Shown here: one piece after another, positions 21,124-30,685 of the stretch
How the letters are laid out: each line of letters begins with the position of its first letter
How positions within the stretch are numbered: the stretch's first letter is position 1
IMG/VR virus record: IMGVR_UViG_3300031760_000010
Location: 1 to 64,000 of that record
Strand: one strand, 5' to 3'
From: a virus
Lineage: Duplodnaviria; Caudoviricetes
Length of the DNA: 64,000 nt
Position numbers and translations under genes: made by a program
The notes under the pieces: model-generated
What the model saw: only the letters and a program-made list of their open reading frames with translations
Database searches by the model: none
What the model was told of the DNA's origin: nothing

Positions 21124-21744
21124 TTATTCAGATATCATTACTTTTTGCATAATATCCGAAAATAGTTCTTGCATCTCACTTATATTTAAAGTATCTATAT
21201 TAATCCCATCAAATATATCATTTATCCCTTTGATCAATCCTTTATACACGGCGTTTGTAATATTATTAATATCCATTTGCCTCATCCCGTAATTTCTATC
21301 AAAATCATCTTTTGCCATACTTAACATAATATCAAAGTCATCCTTGTCACTTGGCATAGCTTCTACAATGATGTCCAATAAACGATTTTGATTTAAAATA
21401 TCAAACGTAATATTAAATGTATCACTGGGAACATCCAATTTTGTATATAAAGCTAAAATCGTGGCAATATACAGTTGATATTGTTTTGCTCCGTTATAAT
21501 GGATATTTCCATTTTTATCAAAACTTGAATTTTCAATAATTTGATTAGCATAAACAAATTTTTCGTTATATGGCACATAATAATCATTATTTCGCACTAC
21601 ACTTTGGATAAGGGCTTCTTTCGCTTTATCAGATGCCATTTTACTATATTTATTTACAAAATCTGCAATAGAAATTTTGTCCCCATTAGTATTAGGAGAC
21701 TCTACGTTTTCTCTGTTCAAATTCAGAATCTTTTCTTCACTCAT
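21124..21744 (-). CDS. Hypothetical protein, possible tail assembly chaperone
   Basis: 206-aa acidic, helical ORF near the TMP gene. Function inferred from position only. Confidence 0.5.
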   Translation of the reverse strand: MSEEKILNLNRENVESPNTNGDKISIADFVNKYSKMASDKAKEALIQSVVRNNDYYVPYNEKFVYANQIIENSSFDKNGNIHYNGAKQYQLYIATILALYTKLDVPSDTFNITFDILNQNRLLDIIVEAMPSDKDDFDIMLSMAKDDFDRNYGMRQMDINNITNAVYKGLIKGINDIFDGINIDTLNISEMQELFSDIMQKVMISE

Positions 21745-21772
21745 ATCAATATCCTCCTATTTTCTCCAGTCT

Positions 21773-22207
21773 CTAATCATAAATGATTTCGATTTCTGTT
21801 CGTGGATTCTCTTTATCATATGCCGTCTTAAGAGTTAAGCTATGAAGATGTTTTTCATCATCATCAACAATAAAACCTGCTTCGGTGAAAGAATCCAATA
21901 AAAATTTCGGAACCTGATTATCTACATCATGTCGTCTTTTTGAATTAAAATAGACAGTTTCAACAATGTCGAAACTGTCTAACTTCATATCTTTATATCC
22001 CAGGATAGTAAGCCACCAAACCCCAAAATCTTTCCATTTTTGTTTTAATGCATTCATCTGAATCCTCGGTAAAATACACCAAGTATTAATTGATGGATGG
22101 TATGGATGTTCGATTGGTTTCTTTTTAGCTTTTGGATGCAATTTGAAATAATAATCTGTATATTGATCAAGAACAACTTGATCCAACACTAATTTAATTG
22201 TTTTCAT
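21773..22207 (-). CDS. rusA: RusA-family Holliday junction resolvase
   Basis: RusA signature R.DxDN..K...D......DD appears as RRHDVDNQVPKFLLDSFTEAGFIVDDD. C-terminal 'NPRTEIEI'. Confidence 0.8.
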   Translation of the reverse strand: MKTIKLVLDQVVLDQYTDYYFKLHPKAKKKPIEHPYHPSINTWCILPRIQMNALKQKWKDFGVWWLTILGYKDMKLDSFDIVETVYFNSKRRHDVDNQVPKFLLDSFTEAGFIVDDDEKHLHSLTLKTAYDKENPRTEIEIIYD

Positions 22208-22213
22208 ATTTCT

Positions 22214-22612
22214 TTACCAAATCTCTCCAACTAGATTTACCCAACTGATGACTGGCTCTTCTTCATTCCGGTCCATCTGCAAATCGTCTACCCGCATATC
22301 ACAAGGAATATTCAGCACCATACTCTTATATCCCGACGCGTCATTAAAATCCAAATCCGTAATTCTGCCTATAAGCTTGATTTGACAAATTCTATTAGAG
22401 CGAGAGCCAGCAACATTGATTAACTCTGGAGATATCCCATAATAGTAAAATGAAAAATGCGATTCTTCACATACATGGTCACACTCTAAACTCCAATCAT
22501 CTTGTAACATTTTGATAGTAATTGGCTTATTCATACCATTTACAGTTAACACCACTTGTTCAATATCCATATGATAATTACTGCCATTTAATTCGCTGCT
22601 TAAAATCTTCAT
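22214..22612 (-). CDS. Hypothetical protein
   Basis: 132-aa ORF with RBS in the operon. Confidence 0.55.
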   Translation of the reverse strand: MKILSSELNGSNYHMDIEQVVLTVNGMNKPITIKMLQDDWSLECDHVCEESHFSFYYYGISPELINVAGSRSNRICQIKLIGRITDLDFNDASGYKSMVLNIPCDMRVDDLQMDRNEEEPVISWVNLVGEIW

Positions 22613-22632
22613 ATCCGTTTTCTCCTTATTAT

Positions 22633-22893
22633 TTAATTATCTTCCTCAATTAGTTCGTATGTAACATCTAAAGGAAGTATTATAGTCTGCATATCATAAT
22701 CATGCGTATCATGATAATAGTTGCGTTGTACCCATTGAGCTGCTTTCAGCTTTTCAGTTTTTGTTGCACCCTCTATATCCTTAATAAAAGTATATTTTGC
22801 TTCTCCTAATGTTTTATGCAAATACATAGTGGGAGAGGAGAGAGCCGCAATTACATACTTTCTACATTTCTTTTCTAAATGCTTAATTTCCAT
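22633..22893 (-). CDS. Hypothetical protein
   Basis: 86-aa ORF with RBS GAGG in the operon. Confidence 0.55.
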   Translation of the reverse strand: MEIKHLEKKCRKYVIAALSSPTMYLHKTLGEAKYTFIKDIEGATKTEKLKAAQWVQRNYYHDTHDYDMQTIILPLDVTYELIEEDN

Positions 22894-22902
22894 GGTCTAC
22901 CT

Positions 22903-23133
22903 CTATTTCAATTCATAATTATCCCATTTTCGTTTTAATTCATTCGCGTCTTTCCTTAAAAACACATAAACAATAATATCTTCTCCGTCATTATTAATTG
23001 ACGGATAAATATCAATAGGAAAGCACCTATATTTCATAAAGCGTTTTGCTTGTTCTGGGTTAATTATTCTATAAACTTCTTTCGTATTATAATCACGAGG
23101 TTGCAGATTTGATTTAATTTTCATGTTCATCAC
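22903..23133 (-). CDS. Hypothetical protein
   Basis: 76-aa ORF overlapping the methyltransferase stop. Confidence 0.55.
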   Translation of the reverse strand: MMNMKIKSNLQPRDYNTKEVYRIINPEQAKRFMKYRCFPIDIYPSINNDGEDIIVYVFLRKDANELKRKWDNYELK

Positions 23134-23713
23134 CGTCCTCGTTTATTTGCAATTCATTACCAAAACTATCCCAACCAAAACGAATTCTTCTGGCATACAT
23201 CTCTAACCTCGTCGCATTAGGATACAAATGCTCAATCATTTGGTAACTGATCAAAGGTTTCCTGCTATGAACAGTATTTTGTTCTTTAATAACCGAAGCA
23301 TATTTACCTTGAACCGCCTTTGCCGCCGATATAAATTTACCCTTATACATATATAGTAAGTATTCATGAGTAAATCGAATATCAAATGATGGGGCCTGTC
23401 CTCGGCCTTTGTCCCAAATGATACGAGTATGTAATTTCCATCCGCACTCTTCTGCTATACGTTGGGCTTCCACTAAAAATTTATCTGTAGCCCATAAAAA
23501 TAATATGGCATTATCAGTAGTATGCTCGGTAGCAAGTACCAAATGCTCTTTTATTCCATCCAATGTCATGGTTGGATAATCTAATGGTTTGCCGCTTGAA
23601 TTTGGTCTGGCTTTTTTCTTACCGCCTTTAGCTTGGGGCCAGGGCGGATCTGCCAACAATAAAGAATATTCTTGATTACTTTCTTTTAATTGTTCAATAT
23701 TTGTAAATATCAT
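23114..23713 (-). CDS. MT-A70 family adenine (N6) methyltransferase
   Basis: 'LLLADPPW' catalytic motif, 'LFLWAT', 'HSRKP' and 'RLEMYAR' match the MT-A70 family. Confidence 0.88.
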   Translation of the reverse strand: MIFTNIEQLKESNQEYSLLLADPPWPQAKGGKKKARPNSSGKPLDYPTMTLDGIKEHLVLATEHTTDNAILFLWATDKFLVEAQRIAEECGWKLHTRIIWDKGRGQAPSFDIRFTHEYLLYMYKGKFISAAKAVQGKYASVIKEQNTVHSRKPLISYQMIEHLYPNATRLEMYARRIRFGWDSFGNELQINEDGDEHEN

Positions 23714-23740
23714 CTTGTTTTTCTCCTATTCTTTGAGGCC

Positions 23741-23788
23741 AAAAAAAGGGGACACAGCTACTGGACTTGACAGTAGTTGTATCCCCTT
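23741..23788 (-). terminator. Intrinsic terminator upstream of the methyltransferase
   Basis: Minus strand AAGGGGATACAACTACTG-loop-CAGTAGCTGTGTCCCC followed by T7. Confidence 0.75.
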
Positions 23789-23892
23789 GTTGGAAATATT
23801 CAATTATTTTAGATCATAAATCTAATATTAATCGCCATACCTGGCTATTAACCCCTCGGTTATATCACTGTCAAATACTAATAAACAGTTGC

Positions 23893-24192
23893 TTACTCAG
23901 CGTCTGCTTTCTTCCTTTCCCTAATGCCCATAATTTCATTAACCCGCATTTTAATTACAGGATGGAACTGTTCTTTCTTTGTAATATCCAACTTAGATAG
24001 AGCGGCTTTGGCTTCGCCCTGGGTCAACAGGCCCTCTCCATATCTAAGCGTTACATCATATACATCATGGCAATTGTTTGAACAAAAAATACCATACCAA
24101 GTAGGTTTCATAATATCTTCGGCGCAATGATTACAGTATGAATACTGATCGCCGCAACAAATACATTTTCTTTCATATTTAATCGTAGCCAT
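23893..24192 (-). CDS. Hypothetical Zn-binding protein
   Basis: CxxC...CxxC...CxxxC motifs. Start at 24192 follows AAGGAGG. Confidence 0.6.
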   Translation of the reverse strand: MATIKYERKCICCGDQYSYCNHCAEDIMKPTWYGIFCSNNCHDVYDVTLRYGEGLLTQGEAKAALSKLDITKKEQFHPVIKMRVNEIMGIRERKKADAE

Positions 24193-24234
24193 AATTTGCC
24201 TCCTTATTTGTTTGTTGTACAAGCGGATAATAAT

Positions 24235-25521
24235 TTATGATATAGAAGGTAATGAATCCGCATGCAGCAACGAAGTAGGAGACAATTTGTCTCCTGAGTT
24301 GTATGCTTTTATACTAAACGGGGTATCAATCCCTAATTGTTTTCGTTTTTCATTTATATAAGTTTCAAGCTGGGCGGGGGTGGGGTCTAATCCATATTGT
24401 GAGTGCAAGCTTCCTTCATACCGTGGTAAATGACACTCTTCGCATAATGTAATGGCATTGTCCAAATCATATCTTAAGTCTGAATGATTCGCAAAGCTTA
24501 AAATATGGTGTGCATTCTTTTTAAACGAAGTGCATTTTCCGCAGCATTGACAAGTATAATGATCTTTTTTGTACACTTGCTTACAAAACTCCTTATATTT
24601 ATAAGAGCCTCTTTCAATATGATTTTTAGATGAAATTTCACCTCTCCAGTTATGAGCATTCTCACCAGATATTTGTTCAATATGATAACAACCGCAAGAA
24701 ACAATTACTCCTTTTCTCAAAGAATTAGCTGAAATACTTTTTAATGGCGAACCGCAAGAACATTGACACCACCAATAAGCCCCATCTTTTTGATTATCTA
24801 CATCTAACTTAACTACAGTAAGTCTCCCAAAAATTCGTCCCGTTAAATCCTCTCGCACTTTAATTGCTTGTGAAAGGCGAGAACACATAGGACATCTAAA
24901 ATCATAATCTACTGCATTTTCAACTTTTCGCAGATAATCATTATGTATATTATTTTTGCATTTCCACCAAACTTTAATAGAACTATGATGATTATAGTCC
25001 ATAGGAGTCTTATCATTTTTATCTGACCAGTATGTTAAAGCTTCGGGATAATTATAACCCAAAGAGTTCTCTTCACAAACTCTTTGTCCAGCACAATAAG
25101 GGCACCCAGGAAATTCTGTATACCTGGCGGGTTTAATTTTATATATCGGATGTTTTTTAGAACATTGTAACTCAAATTGGTCTTTTTCATTTAATGAACC
25201 GCGTTTAATAGAAAATAAGTTTAAAGTCGGATTCATTTTTTGGATTTCATCAAATCTGTCGCTTCCATCGTGATCTAAAATATATTGTGCGATTGAGCTG
25301 CATTTATCACATTTTGGAACTTTTCCTGGTCTGCTTGTTAAATAATTTAAAGACACTAACTTAGACTCATGCAAGCCTCTTGCACATCTAAACCAATATT
25401 TCTTATTCTGTCCGCGAGAAACTTCCGCGGGGCTAAGATTATTTAAATCTTCATCCCACAAATCAATTAAATCATGTCTATTATTCTCTAAACACCATTG
25501 TTCAAATGAAACTTTTATCAT
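24235..25521 (-). CDS. Free-standing HNH endonuclease with zinc-ribbon repeats
   Basis: C-terminal CQCCG...AHHI...N.ITLCEECH (HNH). Repeated 'WDEDLN..P..V..G..KKYWF.C..GLH' zinc-ribbon units and an 'EDLTGRIFGRLTV...WWCQCSCG' module. ATG 25521 follows AAGGAG. Confidence 0.85.
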   Translation of the reverse strand: MIKVSFEQWCLENNRHDLIDLWDEDLNNLSPAEVSRGQNKKYWFRCARGLHESKLVSLNYLTSRPGKVPKCDKCSSIAQYILDHDGSDRFDEIQKMNPTLNLFSIKRGSLNEKDQFELQCSKKHPIYKIKPARYTEFPGCPYCAGQRVCEENSLGYNYPEALTYWSDKNDKTPMDYNHHSSIKVWWKCKNNIHNDYLRKVENAVDYDFRCPMCSRLSQAIKVREDLTGRIFGRLTVVKLDVDNQKDGAYWWCQCSCGSPLKSISANSLRKGVIVSCGCYHIEQISGENAHNWRGEISSKNHIERGSYKYKEFCKQVYKKDHYTCQCCGKCTSFKKNAHHILSFANHSDLRYDLDNAITLCEECHLPRYEGSLHSQYGLDPTPAQLETYINEKRKQLGIDTPFSIKAYNSGDKLSPTSLLHADSLPSIS

Positions 25522-25630
25522 AATTGTATATCTCCTTATAATATACTCCTTATAATTAATAGCCAAAAGGGGAGCTAAGGAAACTCCCCTTTCAATAAGC
25601 TCATGACTTCTTATCTATTTGGCTAAATGT

Positions 25631-25659
25631 ATTATAACAAATATAAATTAATTTGTCAA
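25631..25659 (-). promoter_or_regulatory. Consensus sigmaA promoter for the HNH gene
   Basis: TTGACA (25659-25654), 17-nt spacer, TATAAT (25636-25631). Confidence 0.85.
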
Positions 25660-25662
25660 GTA

Positions 25663-26448
25663 TTAATACTCTTCTTCGTCTTCCTCAGCCCATACAAAGC
25701 GGTACAGTTCCTTCTCTGTGGAGCAATAGTCCACCTGCAGGTCACCGGTAAAATCGAGGGTCCCGTCTGTGGTTAGACTAATAGAAACCTCAGGGCTAGG
25801 CTGGAAGGACGGTAAAATCAAATACGCTGCCTTTAACGTGTCAGCAGAGCAAGGATCCACGGCGAGGACCTTCAAAACCAAACGAATTGTGCCCGGGAAA
25901 GCGTTCGCTTTGTTGGACACGGCTGCGCCTTCTTCAACTTCACGATCATATCTCACTACATACTGAGTAACACCCTCAGCCGTAGGGGTGGTCAACACAT
26001 TACCAGAAGACAGACCAAACTCTGTAGCGGAGGCAGTCTGAGCCTGAGTAAATGCATCACCCATAGTACCGTTATTAGCCAGAGCATTAACTCTAATAGT
26101 ACCAGACTTCAATCCAGTCAGAGTAGCAGTCTCGCCAGTTTTAACAGTAATAATCTTGGGCATAGTCACTTTATTAGTGGCAGAGGCAATGATAGGATCA
26201 GTACCAGCCGTAGCAGCCAGGATATTGAAGTTCAACATAGCATTAGTAGCCGTAAAGGTACCAGTCTTACCTTGCCAGAACTTCTTAACCAGCGTACCGT
26301 CTCTATCAGTAGCTTCCTTAGAATCCGCACTAATATCAATCGTTGCATCCTGTAGCTGAGTCAGGACATACAACGGCGTACCATCAAACTTTTCGGCGTA
26401 TCCAATCTGAATACGATCCACGATAATATCACCTAATGTAAAAGCCAT
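25663..26448 (-). CDS. Major tail (tube) protein
   Basis: About 260 aa, Thr/Ala-rich beta-type composition, codon usage like the capsid gene, located after the neck genes. Start after AAGGAGG. Confidence 0.7.
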   Translation of the reverse strand: MAFTLGDIIVDRIQIGYAEKFDGTPLYVLTQLQDATIDISADSKEATDRDGTLVKKFWQGKTGTFTATNAMLNFNILAATAGTDPIIASATNKVTMPKIITVKTGETATLTGLKSGTIRVNALANNGTMGDAFTQAQTASATEFGLSSGNVLTTPTAEGVTQYVVRYDREVEEGAAVSNKANAFPGTIRLVLKVLAVDPCSADTLKAAYLILPSFQPSPEVSISLTTDGTLDFTGDLQVDYCSTEKELYRFVWAEEDEEEY

Positions 26449-26524
26449 GATATTAATCCTCCTTTTTCGCAATATTTAAAAAGTTATAATAAAAAAGAGC
26501 CTCATGGCTCTGTAATTTATTATT

Positions 26525-27433
26525 TTATTTACTAAGATCCCTCATGAAATCAAATTGCTCTTTCGGTATCTTAGAAGTATCACAAAAACCGCTATAACTT
26601 CCAGATAAAAGAGCACGACTTGATTCATAAACTTGAAGACGTTGAACGCTGTCCATAAATTCCACAATGCCAACATCCATTAATTCTTTCTTAGTATATT
26701 TAAAACCCGGATGGTTTAAACATGATGAAATTAAAGGTAGAAGAGAAGACTGATATTTATCATTCTTATGCATGTTATAATTCCGTCTGTCTTCTTCAAT
26801 AATACTTTCTTTTGTAAACTTCCCTTTGGCCTTTTCAACTTTGGGAAAAATATTGAACATAGAACGGATATACCATGCAATTTTTTTATACGTCTCTTCA
26901 TCAATCTCAATTTCATTTTCGGGATCATAAAGCACTACACTGTCTTCTCCATCCAACGTTTTTTTAAAACGCTTTAATTTTGAAAAATCAACACCAGAGA
27001 ATAAGAATTCTGTTTGGTCTTTAGTAAGTGCTTGACATAATAATTGAAATAATTCATAATCTGAAATTTTATTCCAATCTACTCCTTGATCCCATAAAAA
27101 CAAACGATACATAGTTGTATTCGCCACAAAAACATGCACTGTAGAATATACTTTTTGTTCGCCAATATCAATTAAATTACCCACTGTTGGCTGAAGAATT
27201 TGAATCTTATCATTCAATTGAAAAGGCTTCCCAATGTACAACTGTAATTGATCAATCCCGTATTTCGAGCCATCTTCTTTACTAGAACGACTTTTCTCAT
27301 AAGCTGCTTTTTGCTCTTCCAGCTTTTTCTTGGCAGCCTCTTCCTTCTCTTTTAAAGCGTTCGCCTGAGTTTCGTGTCTAGCATTTATTTGTTTAATGGC
27401 TTGATCTTTTAAAGTATTACGGGAGTCGGTCAT
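26525..27433 (-). CDS. Hypothetical virion morphogenesis protein
   Basis: 302-aa ORF between the neck genes and the major tail gene. Confidence 0.55.
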   Translation of the reverse strand: MTDSRNTLKDQAIKQINARHETQANALKEKEEAAKKKLEEQKAAYEKSRSSKEDGSKYGIDQLQLYIGKPFQLNDKIQILQPTVGNLIDIGEQKVYSTVHVFVANTTMYRLFLWDQGVDWNKISDYELFQLLCQALTKDQTEFLFSGVDFSKLKRFKKTLDGEDSVVLYDPENEIEIDEETYKKIAWYIRSMFNIFPKVEKAKGKFTKESIIEEDRRNYNMHKNDKYQSSLLPLISSCLNHPGFKYTKKELMDVGIVEFMDSVQRLQVYESSRALLSGSYSGFCDTSKIPKEQFDFMRDLSK

Positions 27434-28031
27434 ACTTATTATTCAAACCTCGATAACCGTTACTTTGTACATTCGGAGTTTTGGATTCAAATTTTAGTGT
27501 TCTACAGTAATATCTGTCATCTATAATATCATCAAAATCAGAAATACACTGCAACTGTGTCCCCATGCAGTTAGACCAACACAATAAATCTTTAACTATA
27601 TATGAAAGAAGATCACAACGAGTAATGCCATATTCTGTATCCATGTCATCTTCATGTGCAAGACACAATACAATGATTTGTTGGTTTTTTATCATTTTAT
27701 TGAAATCTGAGACATTATAGTCACGAATATCAAACATGATAAAATTATTAACTTCTTTCTGGACACCATTCAATTTTAAATATGGAATGATCTGCGGTGT
27801 GTCTACACGTTTATTATATTCTTCAATCTCTGCCCGAAGCTCTTTTTCCTGAATAGTAGGATGATCTGGGTCAATAAACTTATTTAATGGCCTTTTATCT
27901 CTAACACCTAATACTTCCTTTAAATCAGGATCTTCATTAAAAACTTTTTCAAGGATAGACTTCCGATAAATAATATCATTATTTTTGGTAGATTCCAGAT
28001 TGCGTTTAATATTACTAAGATCACGCTTCAT
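27417..28031 (-). CDS. Putative tail terminator / neck protein
   Basis: 204 aa. Function from position in the head-tail joining cluster. Confidence 0.5.
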   Translation of the reverse strand: MKRDLSNIKRNLESTKNNDIIYRKSILEKVFNEDPDLKEVLGVRDKRPLNKFIDPDHPTIQEKELRAEIEEYNKRVDTPQIIPYLKLNGVQKEVNNFIMFDIRDYNVSDFNKMIKNQQIIVLCLAHEDDMDTEYGITRCDLLSYIVKDLLCWSNCMGTQLQCISDFDDIIDDRYYCRTLKFESKTPNVQSNGYRGLNNKYDRLP

Positions 28032-29220
28032 TATCTGTCACCTCCCACTCCACATTTGCAGTATAATTTCCGTTTTCTTGACTGGCGAATAACTGGAAAC
28101 GTTTCCCAACTAAGCTATAGGCTTTTGCTGGTTTAATAGCAATAACATTATCATCATATGCCGTTAATTTAATTAAACCTTCTAAACGCTTCTTTTCAGT
28201 ATCATCTATTAAATCATCAAGTACTCTAATTTCCCATGTTGCTGGAACATAATGCGTTCCTAATTTCGCTTGATAATAATATATATTACCAAGTTGTAAT
28301 TGAGATGTTGATAAACCGGGTTGCTCTATCAACTCTTCATTTTCGTTTGTAAATAATTGAATAATAGAAAATTCTTTTCCCGTCAAATCCTCATGAGATA
28401 TATCAGGTTGAGGGTCTCCCATATTTGTATAATAATCACAAACTCTTAATTTTATATTATCCCGTTTAGGGTTATATTCATCCTGTTTAACAGAATACTT
28501 ATATAAACCCAGAGGGGATACTTCTACTACTTTGGTTACTTGATATACTTTTGGATCCATTGAATTTGTTGTTAGTAAAAACCTTTGATCATGTATTATA
28601 GTTCGGGTATCTGGCAAACCTAATTTTTCACGCTGGTCTTCATAAACCAATGTTGTGTCAGGTGCCCAAAACCCAGTTAGGTTATCAAGGGTAATCGTCT
28701 TTTCTGCCCTCCAAATACCACTTGTGTAGGAATTGGCAGATCTAACAACAGCAAACAAATGATTAATCTCTCCATTATAAACCCAGTTAAATTCCCAATT
28801 ACATTGCAATATATTATATCTTACATAAGCATTTTGATTATCTCTATCAACAATTAACCACCATTGAGTCCTTTTCCGTACCGGCTGTTTAAATGGATTC
28901 GCAAATTCTTCTTGAGTTAAATTTAATTCTGAACTAGTATCATCAGGAACTAAAACATAACTTCCAATAGGATAATGAATTCCTGGTCTGAATTGCAGAT
29001 AATAGTCCACATTGTCCTTCGCAACCGACTGTGATTGGTGAAATTGATATTTTGCGTCTTCCCATTTCCAGCCATCTTTTGTTAAAATATACACTCGTTT
29101 ATATGTGGGATCGCCTGTCCAAGTCTGATTGATAATAGCATCTGATTGCTTGCGACGAATTTGTGCTAAATTCGCGCCATTCTGTCGTAAATATGATTTA
29201 TACTGAGATAGTCCAACCAT
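28021..29220 (-). CDS. Putative head closure / neck protein
   Basis: 399 aa in the head-tail joining cluster. Confidence 0.5.
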   Translation of the reverse strand: MVGLSQYKSYLRQNGANLAQIRRKQSDAIINQTWTGDPTYKRVYILTKDGWKWEDAKYQFHQSQSVAKDNVDYYLQFRPGIHYPIGSYVLVPDDTSSELNLTQEEFANPFKQPVRKRTQWWLIVDRDNQNAYVRYNILQCNWEFNWVYNGEINHLFAVVRSANSYTSGIWRAEKTITLDNLTGFWAPDTTLVYEDQREKLGLPDTRTIIHDQRFLLTTNSMDPKVYQVTKVVEVSPLGLYKYSVKQDEYNPKRDNIKLRVCDYYTNMGDPQPDISHEDLTGKEFSIIQLFTNENEELIEQPGLSTSQLQLGNIYYYQAKLGTHYVPATWEIRVLDDLIDDTEKKRLEGLIKLTAYDDNVIAIKPAKAYSLVGKRFQLFASQENGNYTANVEWEVTDNEA

Positions 29221-29570
29221 TATTTACATTCTTTGGGCTGTATTTTATCAATCAAAGCATGTGCGTCCAAAATTAATTTGCGATAGGGTTTATAATCAAA
29301 ATCTTGTTTTTGCGTTTCATGTAATGCGGTCTCTAAGACACTCATCATAATACATATTTCGGAAGGATAGAAGAGAAGACTATTCATTCCATCAATCTCA
29401 TGCATTACATGCGTAAAATATTGCTCATAATTTTTTTGGTCTACATCTGGGAATTGATCTTTAGTATTAGGGTCTTTATATATCAAGAGCCAAAATAATT
29501 TTTTGTGTAATTGTTTTTTATATTCGTTAAACTGCTCATCTGTAAATGTACCGTATTTATGATTTATCAT
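29220..29570 (-). CDS. Hypothetical protein (neck cluster)
   Basis: 116 aa, translationally coupled on both sides. Confidence 0.55.
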   Translation of the reverse strand: MINHKYGTFTDEQFNEYKKQLHKKLFWLLIYKDPNTKDQFPDVDQKNYEQYFTHVMHEIDGMNSLLFYPSEICIMMSVLETALHETQKQDFDYKPYRKLILDAHALIDKIQPKECK

Positions 29571-30040
29571 TGCGTTAAATCCTCCCCATTTACATAAGCA
29601 TTATAAATATATCCTCTGTCACCTATCATACGACGTTGCTCCTTTTTCCAACTATCCAAAAGACTTTTGTATGAATTTAGTGTCTGAGCTGGGCTAAAAA
29701 CCTTTTCCTCTTTACTAGCATAGACAGACCGCAAATTAACTAAACTGTTTACCTTAGGAGAAAGCCAGTTGATACCCAATCCCAACGCCAGTAATTCAAT
29801 CACAAAATCTTCATCTTCAGTGTCGTTGGTAGTGGTTTTTAATTCATATGTTAAGCGCATGATATCATCATCAAAGCTTAGTGATGAAAACAATCTACGA
29901 ATATAAGGCGGACGAGCTGATGCATGAATCCAATTACACAATAATTCTTGCACAATATTGTCGTCCATTTCTAAAAAATCATAAGCTTCTACCTTAAGAT
30001 AGAAGCTTTGATAAATGTCATTATAATCAATAGAGGCCAT
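29567..30040 (-). CDS. Putative head-tail adaptor
   Basis: 157-aa helical protein two genes after the capsid gene. Confidence 0.5.
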   Translation of the reverse strand: MASIDYNDIYQSFYLKVEAYDFLEMDDNIVQELLCNWIHASARPPYIRRLFSSLSFDDDIMRLTYELKTTTNDTEDEDFVIELLALGLGINWLSPKVNSLVNLRSVYASKEEKVFSPAQTLNSYKSLLDSWKKEQRRMIGDRGYIYNAYVNGEDLTQ

Positions 30041-30059
30041 TGGTATTTACCTCCATTTC

Positions 30060-30617
30060 TTATTCCATCAAAGACGCCAATAAATTTAATTCTGTTCCGA
30101 ACAAATCGTCAAGGGCCTTGATCTTTCTCACACTATCCAATTGACCGCTGGATACTAGCGTTGAAGCAATACTCTTCAATGAATTAACTGCACGAGGTGG
30201 TAAAGTCTGAATGGTTGCAACCATATCATCTACACTTAAATCTAACACACCTCTTAAATCATCAACTGTATATTGCTCATCATAATATTTCTGTAACTGA
30301 GGAAACTCAGCAATGAATTCATCATCTTCAATTACAAAAAATGGGCCAAAAATATAATTAGAGCGACTTCTTACAGAGGCTACCAAATCCCGATATTCGA
30401 TCTCTGTCTCATCTCCGTACTCTACAAAATTGTACGTCAAACCAGATTTCGGGCCAGTATACCATAACCCGCCCACTGTAACAGAACGACACATAATGCC
30501 GTCTTCCTGTGCGAATTTCTTTTTTGTAATTTCTTTTTCAACCTTCTGAGTCACTTCAGTCTCTTGCACCTCAGATTTCGCGACCTTCGGCGCGGACGTT
30601 ACTTTTCTATTTGCCAT
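30060..30617 (-). CDS. Hypothetical protein following the capsid gene
   Basis: 185-aa ORF with RBS AAGGAG. Confidence 0.6.
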   Translation of the reverse strand: MANRKVTSAPKVAKSEVQETEVTQKVEKEITKKKFAQEDGIMCRSVTVGGLWYTGPKSGLTYNFVEYGDETEIEYRDLVASVRSRSNYIFGPFFVIEDDEFIAEFPQLQKYYDEQYTVDDLRGVLDLSVDDMVATIQTLPPRAVNSLKSIASTLVSSGQLDSVRKIKALDDLFGTELNLLASLME

Positions 30618-30642
30618 AGTAGTATCTCCTTTTTATTCCGAA

Positions 30643-30673
30643 TAAAGAGGATAGATACTCCATCTATCCTCTT
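30643..30673 (-). terminator. Terminator after the major capsid gene
   Basis: Stem AAAGAGGATAGAT / ATCTATCCTCTTT. Confidence 0.7.
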
Positions 30674-30685
30674 TCTTTGTTATAA

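Noticed and set aside
20477-21744. Programmed -1 frameshift in a tail chaperone
   Set aside because: No convincing XXXYYYZ slippery site near the end of 21124-21744, and the next ORF has its own RBS.
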